From Octopus vulgaris (lineage: Eukaryota): DNA of 64,000 nt. The stretch covers positions 76,012,001 to 76,076,000 of the forward strand of contig OX597820.1 in NCBI GenBank assembly GCA_951406725.2, read 5' to 3'. This document shows, in pieces, positions 1 to 14,180 of this stretch (position 1 is the first letter of the stretch; every line of letters begins with the position of its first letter). Below the pieces are notes generated by a model. It was not told where the DNA came from, made no database searches, and saw nothing but the letters and a program-made list of their open reading frames with translations. Both the position numbers and the translations under genes were made by a program.

Positions 1-292
1 AACTACAGAAAGCAGAAGCTAGCATTTCTCAAGGTCTATATGCAGACATTCTGCCGTCAACTTTAGGAAAATAAATCAAAGCAAAAAAAAATATATATAG
101 TCGTATTTTCCATTTTGTCAGGAAAGTAAAGGCATCCCCTATGACTTAATATTATTTTAGAGGTTTCTGATTTTGTAGTAGAGAGAAAGAAAATTATCTG
201 CTAACCAGAAATATTGTCCGAATGCGTTTAACAGCTTCAGCTTTGCTGTATTCATATAATGGTTGGGGAACAAACACAGACACACATATATA

Positions 293-323
<31 letters not shown>

Positions 324-349
324 CGATGATGATGATGATGACGATGATG

Positions 350-386
<37 letters not shown>

Positions 387-432
387 AAACTAACAACAAA
401 AGAATAAGACTTCGAGACTAGATAAATAAAGG

Positions 433-484
<52 letters not shown>

Positions 485-642
485 ACAGCTTCTTTCAGTT
501 TCCGTCTACCAAATTCACTCACAAGGCATTGGTCGGCCCAAGGCTATGGTAGGAGACACTTGCCCAAGATGCCACGCAGCGGGACTGAACTCGGAACCAT
601 GTGGTTAGGAAGCAAGTTTCTTACCACTGAGCCACTCCTGCA
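485..642 (-). mobile_element. SINE A 5' half
   Basis: Reverse complement of 15865-16018. Confidence 0.8.
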
Positions 643-966
643 TGATCCCTTTCTCTTTTTGATTCAGAGCTAATTTTAACCGGACTTCTTTTTGATGTCA
701 AGCTTGTAAAGAAATACACTTTGTTTTCTACATCATCCTTAAACTCTTAAGGAACTCTTTCAGATTTTTATTGCCCTAGGTACTGTGATCATTGTAGTGT
801 ATGAATTAAGGATCTGCATTCTCTCCCCAAAATCCCAGCTTCAGTCATACTTCACTCCATTTGGTTTGTAGGTATCCTGTTGCACCAGTAATAATAGGTA
901 CGCAACTGAGAATGTATATTAGGGACTGAATTTACCTTTTTTCATTATGTGTATTGCTAGATTTTG

Positions 967-1021
<55 letters not shown>

Positions 1022-1345
1022 CCCCATAAAAAAATTGCACATACACGCACACCTACACTTGTATGCAAATTTTCTTTGAAATTTAAGCTCTCCTACTTGG
1101 TGTTCAAGCTCATCTCTGACAATGTGACAAGACATTTTATGCAAAGAGTATTTTCGGCATTTATAAGTATAAGGGATTCAGAGAATGTGTACTCATATGT
1201 CGATGTGTATACACCCCTGCACTAATAGGCTAAAATTGTGTATACTTGTCTCCCTCGCTTTACTTGTCTGTCTGCATGTACGTACGTATGTATGTATATA
1301 TGCATGCATTTATGTATGTATATATATATATGTGTATGTATATGC

Positions 1346-1415
<70 letters not shown>

Positions 1416-1486
1416 ACATATATATATATGTATGTGTGTGTATATATATATATATATATACATACATACATACATATATATATGTA

Positions 1487-1574
<88 letters not shown>

Positions 1575-3276
1575 TGTATATACACACATACATATATACG
1601 TATCATTCAATCACGCCAGTGGTTGACTATATTAAGTTCACCATTTCGTCAATCGCAGCAGATTCCAAGCTTCACCACTAATTCAGTTCTCAACTAAATT
1701 GCATACTGTTAGCAGTTTTAAAGGGGACACCTCCTCAGCTACACTTTGGCATAAATAGTTTGAGATTTGGTCCAGTAGAAAAAACGTTACATCAAAATAT
1801 CTGCGACCTCAAGGGGGGGGGGGGCAATAAGGACATTGATCTATATACATATATGCCGATGATTTACATACATATTACCTATATGTGTAAAAATATCTCA
1901 TTATGCAATCGCAACAATGAAAGAGCCACCACCTGGTCGCTCGACACGCTAAAAATAGCAGCTAAAGTATCCCCCTACCTAAATCACACGCCCATTGTAC
2001 GTAATGTCCTAGATTATTCCTGAAAAGACGGCTTGCTAAAGGCTGGAATGTCTTTGATGATAGATTTGCAGTATCAGGTTTGATTTGTGGCTAAAATAAC
2101 AACATTATGGTAAATTTCTGTATTAACACCCGCATGATTTTCACTAAATAAAAAAAATAAAAATAAAAAATTGATTTTCTTGCGTGGAATCAAGTGTCCT
2201 GACCTCCCAATATGTTGCAAATCCCTTATTTTGGTTCGGAAAAAATGAGGTAGCGGGGTCCCCGCCAATCCCGGAATCATTTGAAATTTTTTTCGTTGAA
2301 TGAATTCCTATGACCTAATTTTGCAAAATTAGGTTACTTAAGGTGAGCCTGGTAACTGATGATTTTGGAGTCTGGTTGTTTGTAACTTTTGGTGAGCCAT
2401 GGTGCAACCAAGTATTAATTTGGTGTAGATGGGTAATATCAGATGATTCAATCACAACAAATATTTAAATTACGCATGAAAAAAATTGAAAATATTATCA
2501 TCACTTACATGGAAAAAGTGAAATAAAATCTTAAATTATTAATTGACGCATTATTAATTATCTCATAACAGTAATGCCTGGAAAAATCATGGATTACATG
2601 GAAAAAATGCGAGCATGAAAAGTAATATTCTTAAGATTATAAACCTGGAAAAGTACAGGACAAGTTATTACACCTGTAAAATTATAGGACAAGCTTATTA
2701 TTTCTACTAAAGTAAAGAATAAGAAACGATTCACTTAAAATATTGCAGATAAAATTAAAATTTAAATGGTAAAACTTATTTTATTATAGTTTACAAATAA
2801 CACTAAACGTATTTATGTAGAATTTGGCTAATTTACTACCTTAAATACAGTAAAAAGTGACTAATTAGACAAACTTACAAATTAGCTGAACAGTTTTGTA
2901 CAATAAATTTAAAAGAGTGACAAATTAGAAGAAATGGCATTCTTTGCTGCAATATTTTAAGTAAAAAGTTTCTTACTCTTTACTCTACTAGAAGTAATAG
3001 TTTGTCCTATACTTTTTCCAGTTTTATAATCTTAAGAAAATTGCTTTTCATACTCGCATTTTGCCATGTGATGTATGTATGTATGTATGTATGTATGTAT
3101 GTATGTATGTATGTATGTATGTATGTATGTATGTATGTATGTATGTGTATGTGTGTTTATGAGTATGTGTGTAAACAGCCAATCTAACAAATTGTTTATC
3201 ATAATTCTTTCACCAACAAGCGAAACATCAAGAATGTATTATAGCAATTCCTGTTATGTACCCACTGTACTGTGGA

Positions 3277-3617
3277 TGCGCAATGGCCCAGTGATTAGGC
3301 TAGCGGACTCGTTGTCCTGGGGTCACTGTTTCGATTCCCAGACCGGGCGTCGTGTTTATTGAGCGGAAGCACCTAAACCTCGACGAGGCTCCGACGGGGC
3401 AGGGGACGAACTTGCTGTATTCTTTCACCACAACTTTCTCTCGTTCCTATTGTACCTGTATTTCAAAGGGGCCAGCCTTGTCACACTCTGTGTCACGCTG
3501 AATCTTCCCAAGAGCTACGATAAGGGTACACGTGTCTGTGGAGTGCTCAGCCACTTACACTGTGCCGTTGATCGGATCAACTGGAACCCACGTCGTCGTA
3601 ACCGACGGAATGCCACA
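3277..3617 (+). mobile_element. SINE C copy
   Basis: Collinear with 61307-61660. Confidence 0.8.
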
Positions 3618-3828
3618 AATTCAATGTACTTTGATGTGAATGGAAACTAAATTACACTAACCACTTTCTCTCACTCTCTCCATCTCTCTCTCTCTCTTTT
3701 TTCTCACAATTCTTCCCCCTCTACATGTTACACGCTTTCTTTTCTTCTCTATATTTTCCTCTTAGTCTCTTTCTCACATCCCTAGGGCCTCTCTCTCGCA
3801 CCTTCTCTCCGTCTCTGTCTCTCTCTCC

Positions 3829-3875
<47 letters not shown>

Positions 3876-4007
3876 CGTGCGCTACTTTAATCCGTTTTCG
3901 TTCCGTAACTTTTTCGACTTCTCTTTCCCATTAGATGTCCGTTAAAAAACTTATGCAACAACACATGCGTACGCCTATACACACATACACACACACACAC
4001 ACACACT

Positions 4008-4039
<32 letters not shown>

Positions 4040-4260
4040 AATACACAAGAACACGCACAGTGGCATACACACATAGTAGCATACGTACATATACATACGC
4101 ACATACACACACACAAACATGCACTACACACATGCAACTTGAGTGACAGCACTACCAGCAGCAGCAGTAGTAGTAACAATTTATACGCATATTTCTCTAT
4201 CTACACATTGTATATGTCTCTCTCTCTATATATATATTATTTGTGTATATAATGCACGTG

Positions 4261-4311
<51 letters not shown>

Positions 4312-4347
4312 GTCTGTCTATGTATCTGTCTATCTGTGTCTGTCTAT

Positions 4348-4361
4348 CTGTCTGTCTGTCC

Positions 4362-4405
<44 letters not shown>

Positions 4406-4429
4406 CTATATACACATATATTTATATAC

Positions 4430-4525
<96 letters not shown>

Positions 4526-4549
4526 GTATATAAATATATGTGTATATAG

Positions 4550-4597
<48 letters not shown>

Positions 4598-4611
4598 GGA
4601 CAGACAGACAG
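4348..4611. repeat. Near-perfect 264-bp palindrome centred on (TA)n
   Basis: The arms mirror unique interruptions (tccgtc, ctctatatacacatatattt) and differ by about one TATC unit. Confidence 0.9.
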
Positions 4612-4643
4612 GGCTTCCTGAAGATTTCTCTTGAATGAAACAG

Positions 4644-4710
<67 letters not shown>

Positions 4711-5091
4711 TTACCCATGTACGGGTGCACACACAAATGCCTACTTGCATATAAAACACACATGCACACACGTATAAAGATATTGGACTACCCGAATACA
4801 AAATGATATGAAAAGAAAGAAAGAAGGAAAGAACGAAAATATTAAAAGAAAGAGAGGAAGGAAGAAAAAGGACAGAAGGAATGAATAAAAGAGAGAAAGA
4901 AAGAAGAAACCAAAGAAAGAGAGAGAGAGAGAAAACAGCGCGGGAATCAGACATCGCTGTGTATATGAACTTGAAATAACAGAGTTTAGAGAGAGAGAGG
5001 GGAGAGAGAGAGAGAGAGAGAAAGAGTGAGAGAGAAGAACCATATGTAGAGATTTAGGTACCGATACATACACAGCAGATAGGTAGGTAGG

Positions 5092-5146
<55 letters not shown>

Positions 5147-5702
5147 TGAGAGGGAGATGGAGGGGGTGGGGGAGGGAGAGGGAGAGGAAGAGAGAGATGG
5201 AGGGAATGAGGGGAGGGAGAGAGTGATACCGAAAGGAAGGCAGAGGGAGAGAGAGAGAGACAGCGACAGCAGTGTCTGTGTATGGCTGTGTGTGTTTCCG
5301 TTTGTGGTTTGCACGTCAGTGTGTGTGTGTCAGCTCGTATGGTTTAGGAGTTCTTATTTGGGTGTAAGTTAGTGATTGTGCCTTTCAGAGTTTGCGTTTG
5401 TCTACATGTGTGAGTGTGCGCGAACAAGCCGGTGTATGTGTGTGTGTGTGTGTGTGTTTTATGTGCTCTGCGTGAGTGCGAATAGGCTTATGAGTGTAGG
5501 TGTGAGCGTGCCATTTATATAAGTGTGCGTACGTGCGAGTGCGTACGTTTGGAATGTTATAAGTTTTATTACGTGGTAGCAAGCTCCGCCATTTCCCTAA
5601 CATTAATTATTATTGCCACACGGAATGGTAAGACTGGAAAATGGGGAAATAATATATATAGACACACACATACGTAACCAGCATTAACACAGATTGATAG
5701 CA

Positions 5703-5772
<70 letters not shown>

Positions 5773-5794
5773 ATATATAGTGAGTGTAAGAGAA

Positions 5795-5825
<31 letters not shown>

Positions 5826-5920
5826 TAGAAAACAACAAGAATGATAGATAGATAGAGAGATAGATAGAGAGATAGAGAGATAGATAGACAGACAGACAAA
5901 CAGACAGACAGGTAGATAAA

Positions 5921-6131
5921 AGTGGAGTAAAAAGTTCTTGGGTTAAGAGTATCGCAGAAAGCTTGGCTGGAGGCTCACCATTCCGAATTCATTTGCAGGG
6001 ATTAGAAAAAGGGAAGGATCGTTGAAAAAAAGCGTGTGAATCTGAGAGGAGAATATTTTAAATAAAAGGATAATTAACTGATCCTTTCGTAATTATGCTT
6101 ACCCAGACCCAAGAACTTTAGAACACTCCTC
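5921..6131. mobile_element. Degenerate mariner-like MITE
   Basis: Inverted ends ggagtaaaaagttcttgggt / acccaagaactttagaacactcc. Confidence 0.45.
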
Positions 6132-6171
6132 CCAATATATATAATATATATCTACATCTATCCATTTTCCC

Positions 6172-6274
<103 letters not shown>

Positions 6275-6438
6275 AATCTATCTACCTACCTACCTACCTA
6301 CCTACCTACCTACCTACCTACCTACCTATATGTGTGTGTGTGTGTCAGTCATTTTAGGTATGTATATGTGTATATATATGTATCAACGGTTTTGTTCCAG
6401 CACTGTATATTACTATATTACTTTTATTATTGACATAA

Positions 6439-6979
6439 ATATAGTAATAATAACAATAATCCTTGGATGGAATTTATAAATATTTTAATGCATCGCTACG
6501 CGCGTTTCCACTGATCACAAGTGTTTTAAGATCATAGTCCGTATTCCTGATATGATTACAGTGCATTCCGTAGTATCCATGGACATTGGGTAGATCACCT
6601 TCTTGTCTTCATTTCTTCGGGCGATATAGCATTAATGGATGTTTAACTGAGAATTTTTTACCAATTTTGACCAATAACAAGTTTGATCGAGTTTTGTGTG
6701 TATTTACACACAAATGCCCAAATACACAAATCAACATTCTCATTGGTTAAAATTGGTTAACAACCCTCAGTTAAACATTCGTTAAAGCTATAACACTCGA
6801 AGAAATGAATACATGAACATGAACCAAACCGATGTCCACGGATACTACGGACTGCATCGTAATGATACCAGGAATACGATCTTTGATCGTAAGAAATATG
6901 CGATCTGTGGAAACGCGCGCAGCGATGCATTAAAATATTTATAAATTCCATCAAAGATTTATTGTTATTTTTACTATAT
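6439..6979. mobile_element. Palindromic (fold-back) non-autonomous DNA element
   Basis: The halves are diverged reverse complements along the whole length (e.g. gatggaatttataaatattttaatgcatcgct / agcgatgcattaaaatatttataaattccatc), centred near 6710. Confidence 0.75.
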
Positions 6980-7291
6980 ATATATATTGTGAAGCTCTCA
7001 ATCTTATTAGATATTGCGAAACTGTTTATTAGCAATTGGTTGATAACTGAGGAAAAATTAGGAGCCTTCTGTGTTTGTCACCTGTCCGGTTTTACAATCA
7101 GCATACGTTATGTTGTATGTTTATTTAGCATACATGTTTTTCATTCATATTTATATATGAAGAGCTTTGCTCGAAATGTAAAAACCACCTTTCTTTCCTT
7201 CCTTCCTTGAGCGTCTGCTAATATTTTGCATGTACCAATTCCTCGCGTTGTTGTTTTCATCGTGTGTTTTTTCTTCGTTTTTTTGGGGGAT

Positions 7292-7345
<54 letters not shown>

Positions 7346-7646
7346 TTTATGCATGCATACATACATATATGTGTGTGTGTGTATTTGTATGAGTGTGTGT
7401 GTGTATGCGCGCGCTCGTAGGTATTTAACAGCGTGACCTCTACACCACCAACAAGCGCCAGATTGAAATTGTGTTATTGCTCATCCGGCTATCAAAAGAA
7501 GCAGGACCAAGGTAGACTTCGGTGTATAGGGCTTTGCACGAGTTATACAAAGATTTTGTGAACTTTCTACATAGTTAGAAGCTTCCCATATTTCGCATTT
7601 CATTTGTTAGTCTACTTCTCTGCTTATACATGCATATATATATATA

Positions 7647-8900
7647 GACACAGTCAAACTTATTCTAGAAAATAACACATTCTTCTTCAATGGAAAGAAT
7701 TACATCCAAATTAGAGGCACGGCGATGGGAACGAGGTTTGCTCCCGTTTACGCCAACTCTGTAATGGGATACTTAGAAGAACAACTCTACCAAGAGGTGG
7801 AGGTAAACTATGGCACTGGATTTAGAAAGTATATTGAAAAGGCATGGAAGAGATACCTAGACGACTGTTTCATAATCTGGACAGAATCTCTAAATACTCT
7901 GGAAGAGTTCAATATCCTCCTGAACAACCTACACCCATCTCTCAAATTTACAAAGGAGATGAGTAGTACCAAATTACCATTCCTGGATATAATGGTAATT
8001 AAAAAAGACACCACCATCACCACAGATATATACTATAAACACACAGACACACATCAATACCTAAATTTTAAGTCGTGCCATCCACCACATACAAAACGTA
8101 ACATCCCATACTGCCTAGCCAGAAGAATTTGTACTATTGTAGAAGATGCAAATATCAGGAACAAACGCCTAATAGAACTAAGAGAATTTTTGCTCAAACA
8201 AAAATACCCATCTCTACTTATAGAAAATGGCATACAGCGGGCTATAAAAATACCTATACAACAACTTAGGACAACCCAAGGAAGAGGAAAACAAGAACAA
8301 GTCATACCATTCATAGTGACACACAACCCATGTCACCAGAATATCTTCAACATTGCCAAAGCAAACCTTCCAATCATTGCCCAAAGTAATGAATTAAAAG
8401 ACATAATCAAGGATCGAGCTATGGTGCTTAGTAAAAGACAGCCTAAAAACTTGAAAACATTACTAACAAAGGCAAAATTTGACCTCAGCAACAAAGACCA
8501 AACATTCACGGTATCTAAATGCAATGATAGCCGATGTGGCACATGCCAATTCATACATACCGGTCAATATATAAACACAAAAACCGGGAAAATATTCACA
8601 AACGCGAATATGAACTGCAAAAGCAGAAATTTAATTTACTGCATCAAATGCCCAAATTGTGAAGAAATATATGTAGGTCAGACGGGAAACGCACTATTAG
8701 AACGCTCACGTGTACACCGGCAACAGATTAGAGACCCAGAGGTCCGTCAGATACCTTTGAGTAACCACCTAGCAACATGTGGTCGGAAAATATATATAAT
8801 ATTTCCATTCTACAAATTACACAGCCCAAGTGAAATCGAGAGGAAAATCAGAGAAAAGAATTTTATTGATAAATTCGAACCCAAGCTAAATAAGCAATAA
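7647..8900 (+). CDS. PLE reverse transcriptase C-terminal half + GIY-YIG endonuclease (5'-truncated open frame)
   Basis: Frame is open from 7647 (DTVKLILENNTFFFNGKNYIQIRGTAMGTRFAPVYAN). Motifs: RYLDD, LPFLDI, YYKHTD, linker CNDSRCGTC, NLIYCIKCPNCEEIYVGQT, and terminal FIDKFEPKLN. Confidence 0.92.
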   Translation, partial: DTVKLILENNTFFFNGKNYIQIRGTAMGTRFAPVYANSVMGYLEEQLYQEVEVNYGTGFRKYIEKAWKRYLDDCFIIWTESLNTLEEFNILLNNLHPSLKFTKEMSSTKLPFLDIMVIKKDTTITTDIYYKHTDTHQYLNFKSCHPPHTKRNIPYCLARRICTIVEDANIRNKRLIELREFLLKQKYPSLLIENGIQRAIKIPIQQLRTTQGRGKQEQVIPFIVTHNPCHQNIFNIAKANLPIIAQSNELKDIIKDRAMVLSKRQPKNLKTLLTKAKFDLSNKDQTFTVSKCNDSRCGTCQFIHTGQYINTKTGKIFTNANMNCKSRNLIYCIKCPNCEEIYVGQTGNALLERSRVHRQQIRDPEVRQIPLSNHLATCGRKIYIIFPFYKLHSPSEIERKIREKNFIDKFEPKLNKQ

Positions 8901-9394
8901 TAATAATACTTAGAGGTATTACTTCCACTGCTACGACCATGACCACTAACAACAACAACAATACTAAAGGTGATCAAGACGAAGATAGCAGGAAAATTAT
9001 CTTATTTAGGGTTAAAAGTTCTATTGCCACCACCATCACCACTAGCAACAATAATTAAGGTGCTGACAATGATGATGATGACAATTGAAATATAAAAATA
9101 TAAAAATCTCTGACAAAGGATATTTACAACATTTCTAAAAATAACCCAACAATTGCTGCTTCGGCCAGGGTCAAGATACAGGACTCTTGACCTGTCCAAC
9201 AAAGCGTGATGCCTAAACCAATCAGCTCAACCAACCAATCAGCTTAAGTAATTGAGTGATACTACACACTGATTGGTCAGAATACAGTTTGCAAAACCTA
9301 GCACTCTGGAGCCTACCCAGCTGTATTTATAGCACAGAATCACTCATCTTGCTACAGTCAAAAATTGTGAAGCATGACTGTCAACACTACTACA

Positions 9395-9439
9395 TGAACC
9401 CGAAGATTGCAGAATTCAATGCATGAAAGTACTAGTTCA
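9395..9439 (+). ncRNA. Minimal type I hammerhead ribozyme motif in the PLE 3' end
   Basis: tgaac-CCGAAGA-t-tgca-gaattcaa-tgca-t-GAAA-gtac-TA-gttca. Stem I is tgaac/gttca, stem II is tgca/tgca, and palindromic gtac replaces helix III. Confidence 0.75.
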
Positions 9440-9568
9440 ATCAGAATGAATATTTAACATTCTACTATTTCATTTTATTTTATTCAATTATAATATATTA
9501 TCTTATAATATATCATTATAAGATTGTAAATAAAACGTGAAAATCAGACAAGGTTGGAATTCTTTTTA

Positions 9569-9608
<40 letters not shown>

Positions 9609-9727
9609 CTTGTTCTTTATGTTTGTTTTGTTTTCCATTTGTGTCTTTCATTGTCCCAAAGAATAGTTCATTTTCCATGCACTCGTGCTTCGTACTTTTT
9701 TTTTTGTACACGTTTCATGACGTCCTG

Positions 9728-9767
<40 letters not shown>

Positions 9768-9919
9768 TTACGCACAAATATGACAACATAAAAAGATAAA
9801 CACACACCTACTTCATACTCGTATGACTATAATTACAGACAAATGGAGTACGATAACGAATAATGGCTCTTGCATACGCACACACCCAGGCCCACACTCT
9901 CTCTCTCTCACGCACACAG

Positions 9920-9951
<32 letters not shown>

Positions 9952-10343
9952 ACGCAGAAGTAGGAGTAGTTGTGATTAATAGTTTCGTATCGTGTATAGT
10001 GTGTAATGTACTTTAAATATTGAAGAACCGGAATTAGATTTGACAGCAACATTCCTTGTAATCCATTTTGAAGCTCGTTTAATCGTCCCCACATACACAC
10101 ACACACACACACACATATATAAAGGTATATTATATATATATACACACACACACATATATATGTATACGTGTATAGGTATATATTTATATATATATACACA
10201 TACATATATACATATATACGTATATATAAATACGTATATATACATACATACATACATACATACATTCATATATATATATATATATATATATTTAAATATT
10301 CATATATATATATATATATATAAATATTCATATATATGTCTGC

Positions 10344-10416
<73 letters not shown>

Positions 10417-10709
10417 TTCATATATATGTCTGCCTGTATATATATATATATACATATATGTATATACATATATATATGCATATATATATATACATACATA
10501 TGTATATGCACATAAATATACATACATACGTTTATGTGCTTGCATAATTGTGTGTATACAATGTGCCTCTCTCTCTCCCTCTCACCACAAACATGCAAGC
10601 GTATATGCACTCGGAGATACACAAACCATAAATATGTATGTACGTACGAGTGTATATTTGTGTGTATTTATGTTTGAATTCACATATATTTGTATGTACA
10701 TGTATGTGC

Positions 10710-10778
<69 letters not shown>

Positions 10779-11288
10779 TGCGTGTTAGCTTGTGTATATG
10801 CATATATGTGTACATATATATTCATACACACACACGAACCAATACTTTTATATCTATCTATATACAGGTATACCTAGATACGTCTGTGTGTGTCACGTCG
10901 CTTCTTTTTCTGGAATCATGGATATGAACTTGGCAAACTAAGAGCCGCTTGAATCAATTTGTTTCCCTATAATAGACGCATGTCCTCGCTTCATATTTAA
11001 AATTACCTCTCAGATGAAATTCTCCTTGACGTAAATACCGTCCGCAAATTGACGTCTGCAGACAAAATGATCACAATAACAAAAACAGCAGAAACAACAA
11101 CACAAAAAGACACAAGCAACAACAACAAAAAAACCAGCTAAAATAATATACATATTCATATATATAGATATATAATATATAGACATATGCATGTGAATCT
11201 CTCTTTCTCTCTCTCTCTATCTATCTATCTAGCTAGCTCTCACTCTCTGTATATGTGTATGTGTGTATTTGTGTGTCCATCTCTCTCG

Positions 11289-11443
<155 letters not shown>

Positions 11444-11467
11444 TACATACATACGTACATGCGCACA

Positions 11468-11550
11468 CCGTATTTCTTGTCATAAAAGACACAGGGGCAA
11501 ATAAGACGCGCCCCAGTTGCAGGAGAGTAATTTCAGGAAAAAAAAAGTTA
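11468..11550 (+). mobile_element. Possible solitary Tc2/pogo-like terminus
   Basis: ccgtatttcttgtcataaaagacac...ataagacgc resembles Tc2-type TIRs. No partner end found. Confidence 0.3.
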
Positions 11551-12292
11551 TTACTGCATTAAAGCATGGAATATAATATCGCGAACAGGACCCGAGGTGA
11601 CATTTTTTTCCCTTTCTCTCGTTTTGGAAATATCTTTTTGTGGGAAAAAAAAATGTGCTTCTTATATAAATATATTTATGCGAATGCATGCACGAGTATA
11701 GGTATATAAATACATATACACATGCATACACACATATGCACACACACACACACACACATACACACACACACACATGCACACATATGCTTAAGCGTCAGAG
11801 ACGATTGTTATGAAATAGCCGTCATCATAACTTAGGGTTGCAGAAACGAACGTCATTTGTTATTTAGCTCGGTCGCTGCTATAAATTGCTGTGACCTTTA
11901 TACGCTTATACCACCATAACGTAGCCGATAATATTTATTTGTCTTCTTTAAACTGTCATTGTTTATGAAACATCATTATTATTCATAATATAAGACGGCG
12001 TGCTGGCAGAATAGTTAACACGTTTGGCAACATGCTTTAGGGTTTTTTCGCCCGAGTTTACGCTCAGAGTTCAAATTCCATTGAGATTGACCACGTCTTT
12101 CACTGGGAGCTGGGATCAAAGTAATCGACTTACCCTTCCCCCGAAATTTGTGTCCCTGCACCAAAATTTGAACCCTCCAATATTATTACCATTCTCAGTT
12201 CACCTGCCGCAATGTCTATCAGTTTTCTTTCATCCTATCGGGTTGTTATAATAAGTAGCAATCAAGCACGAGGGTCAATATATATATAATAT

Positions 12293-12460
12293 AATCTGTT
12301 GTTTCTAGGGAGAGTCATTATCTTTTAGTGCCTTATAATTTAACACACACACTGGTAATATTTCCTTTCATTTCCTTATTCATTTTTCTAAAATTTTCGT
12401 TGCGTCTTGCAAACTTTTCAGTAGTCTTGAAAAGGTTGCAAGACGCAACGAAAATTTTAG
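12293..12460. mobile_element. Short PLE-like element with terminal hairpin (family shared with 37552-37809)
   Basis: 33-bp arms at 12388-12420 and 12428-12460 with one mismatch. The body matches 37552-37670. Confidence 0.6.
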
Positions 12461-13619
12461 TCATATATTCATGAGCTATTGCATTATGGGTAAAAACATG
12501 CTGTGAAACAAAGAAGTGTTAATAGTGGTAGTTGCATTTCAACATAACACAATAACTGTGTGTATGCTGCTGAATAAATATATAGAAATGATAGGTGTGT
12601 TTCTGTAGAGGTAGGTCTAGTAACTCTATAAATAGAGTCAAATGGATACACATGGACAAGGATTCTCAAACACAGACAAAAATAAATTCATACTCAGTCA
12701 TAAATATTTCGAAGTCACAGTCAATCTCCTTTATTTAGAAATTAATACTTAACTCTATATCATGTATTGAGTTCTTTTTCCAGTTTTAGTACGTTGTGCA
12801 ACGCTTATGCGTATATATATATATATATAATGAGAGAGAGAGAATGAGAGAAAGAGATAGATTGGGAGATCGACGAACGGGGAATCCCACGCCTGCAGCA
12901 GTTTTTGAAATGTGATCCGGTCCTATAGATGTCATGTATTGAGTTTAAAAGGGATCCCAGCTCCAGCAATTCTTTAAGAATCCTTGACGCTCTACTATGA
13001 AAAGCTTATGTCGTCCGTTCCCATTTACATAAGACCCTGATTGCTCTATGATCCTCCTTTAATTTTGCATGTTATTCCTTCAACTTTAAGGTGCCAGTCG
13101 TAGCCCAATATCTGGATTTAACAAATTTAGTAGCACTCATTCAAAGCTCCATTATTGGACAAGACTACAGACCACATAGCAAACTAATACAAAGGGGTGT
13201 AACGTATAACCCTATGCAGCTGACATCCAGTAAATCCTATCAGGAATGGTTATTTCACTTGGTGTATATAACATATAGCTTATAAAATATAAATAAAGTT
13301 AGGAGGTATGAGATGAATATATTAATTTCACCAATGCTGTATCCATAAGAATATGATCGTTTCGCAGCCAACATCACGGGAAAATAATCTATTTTAGCAT
13401 ACAATAAATTATTTTACATGTCTGAATTAGTGCATATGTTATGAATAATATAGTATCATTGTACAATTTATAAGGCAATGCAAGTAAAGGATTGCTCTTC
13501 AGATCGTAGAATATCATGTTTACATCCATTCTTCAATTCAGTATGGACATACAAAAGCAAAATGTTATCTTCGAAATATTAAAGTAGAGAAGCTAATAAT
13601 TAAGTATTAATCGACACCA

Positions 13620-14180
<561 letters not shown>

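Larger units (their letters stand above)
7647..9572 (+). mobile_element. Penelope-like retroelement (Neptune-type), 5'-truncated, inserted in (TA)n
   Basis: RT plus GIY-YIG ORF followed by a ~670 bp 3' region with a hammerhead motif. (TA)n lies directly on both sides. Confidence 0.92.

Noticed and set aside
2357-2400. CTGATGA core (also CTGACGA at ~24617 and CTGAAGA at ~24792)
   Set aside because: No following stem II + GAAA or closing stem I.
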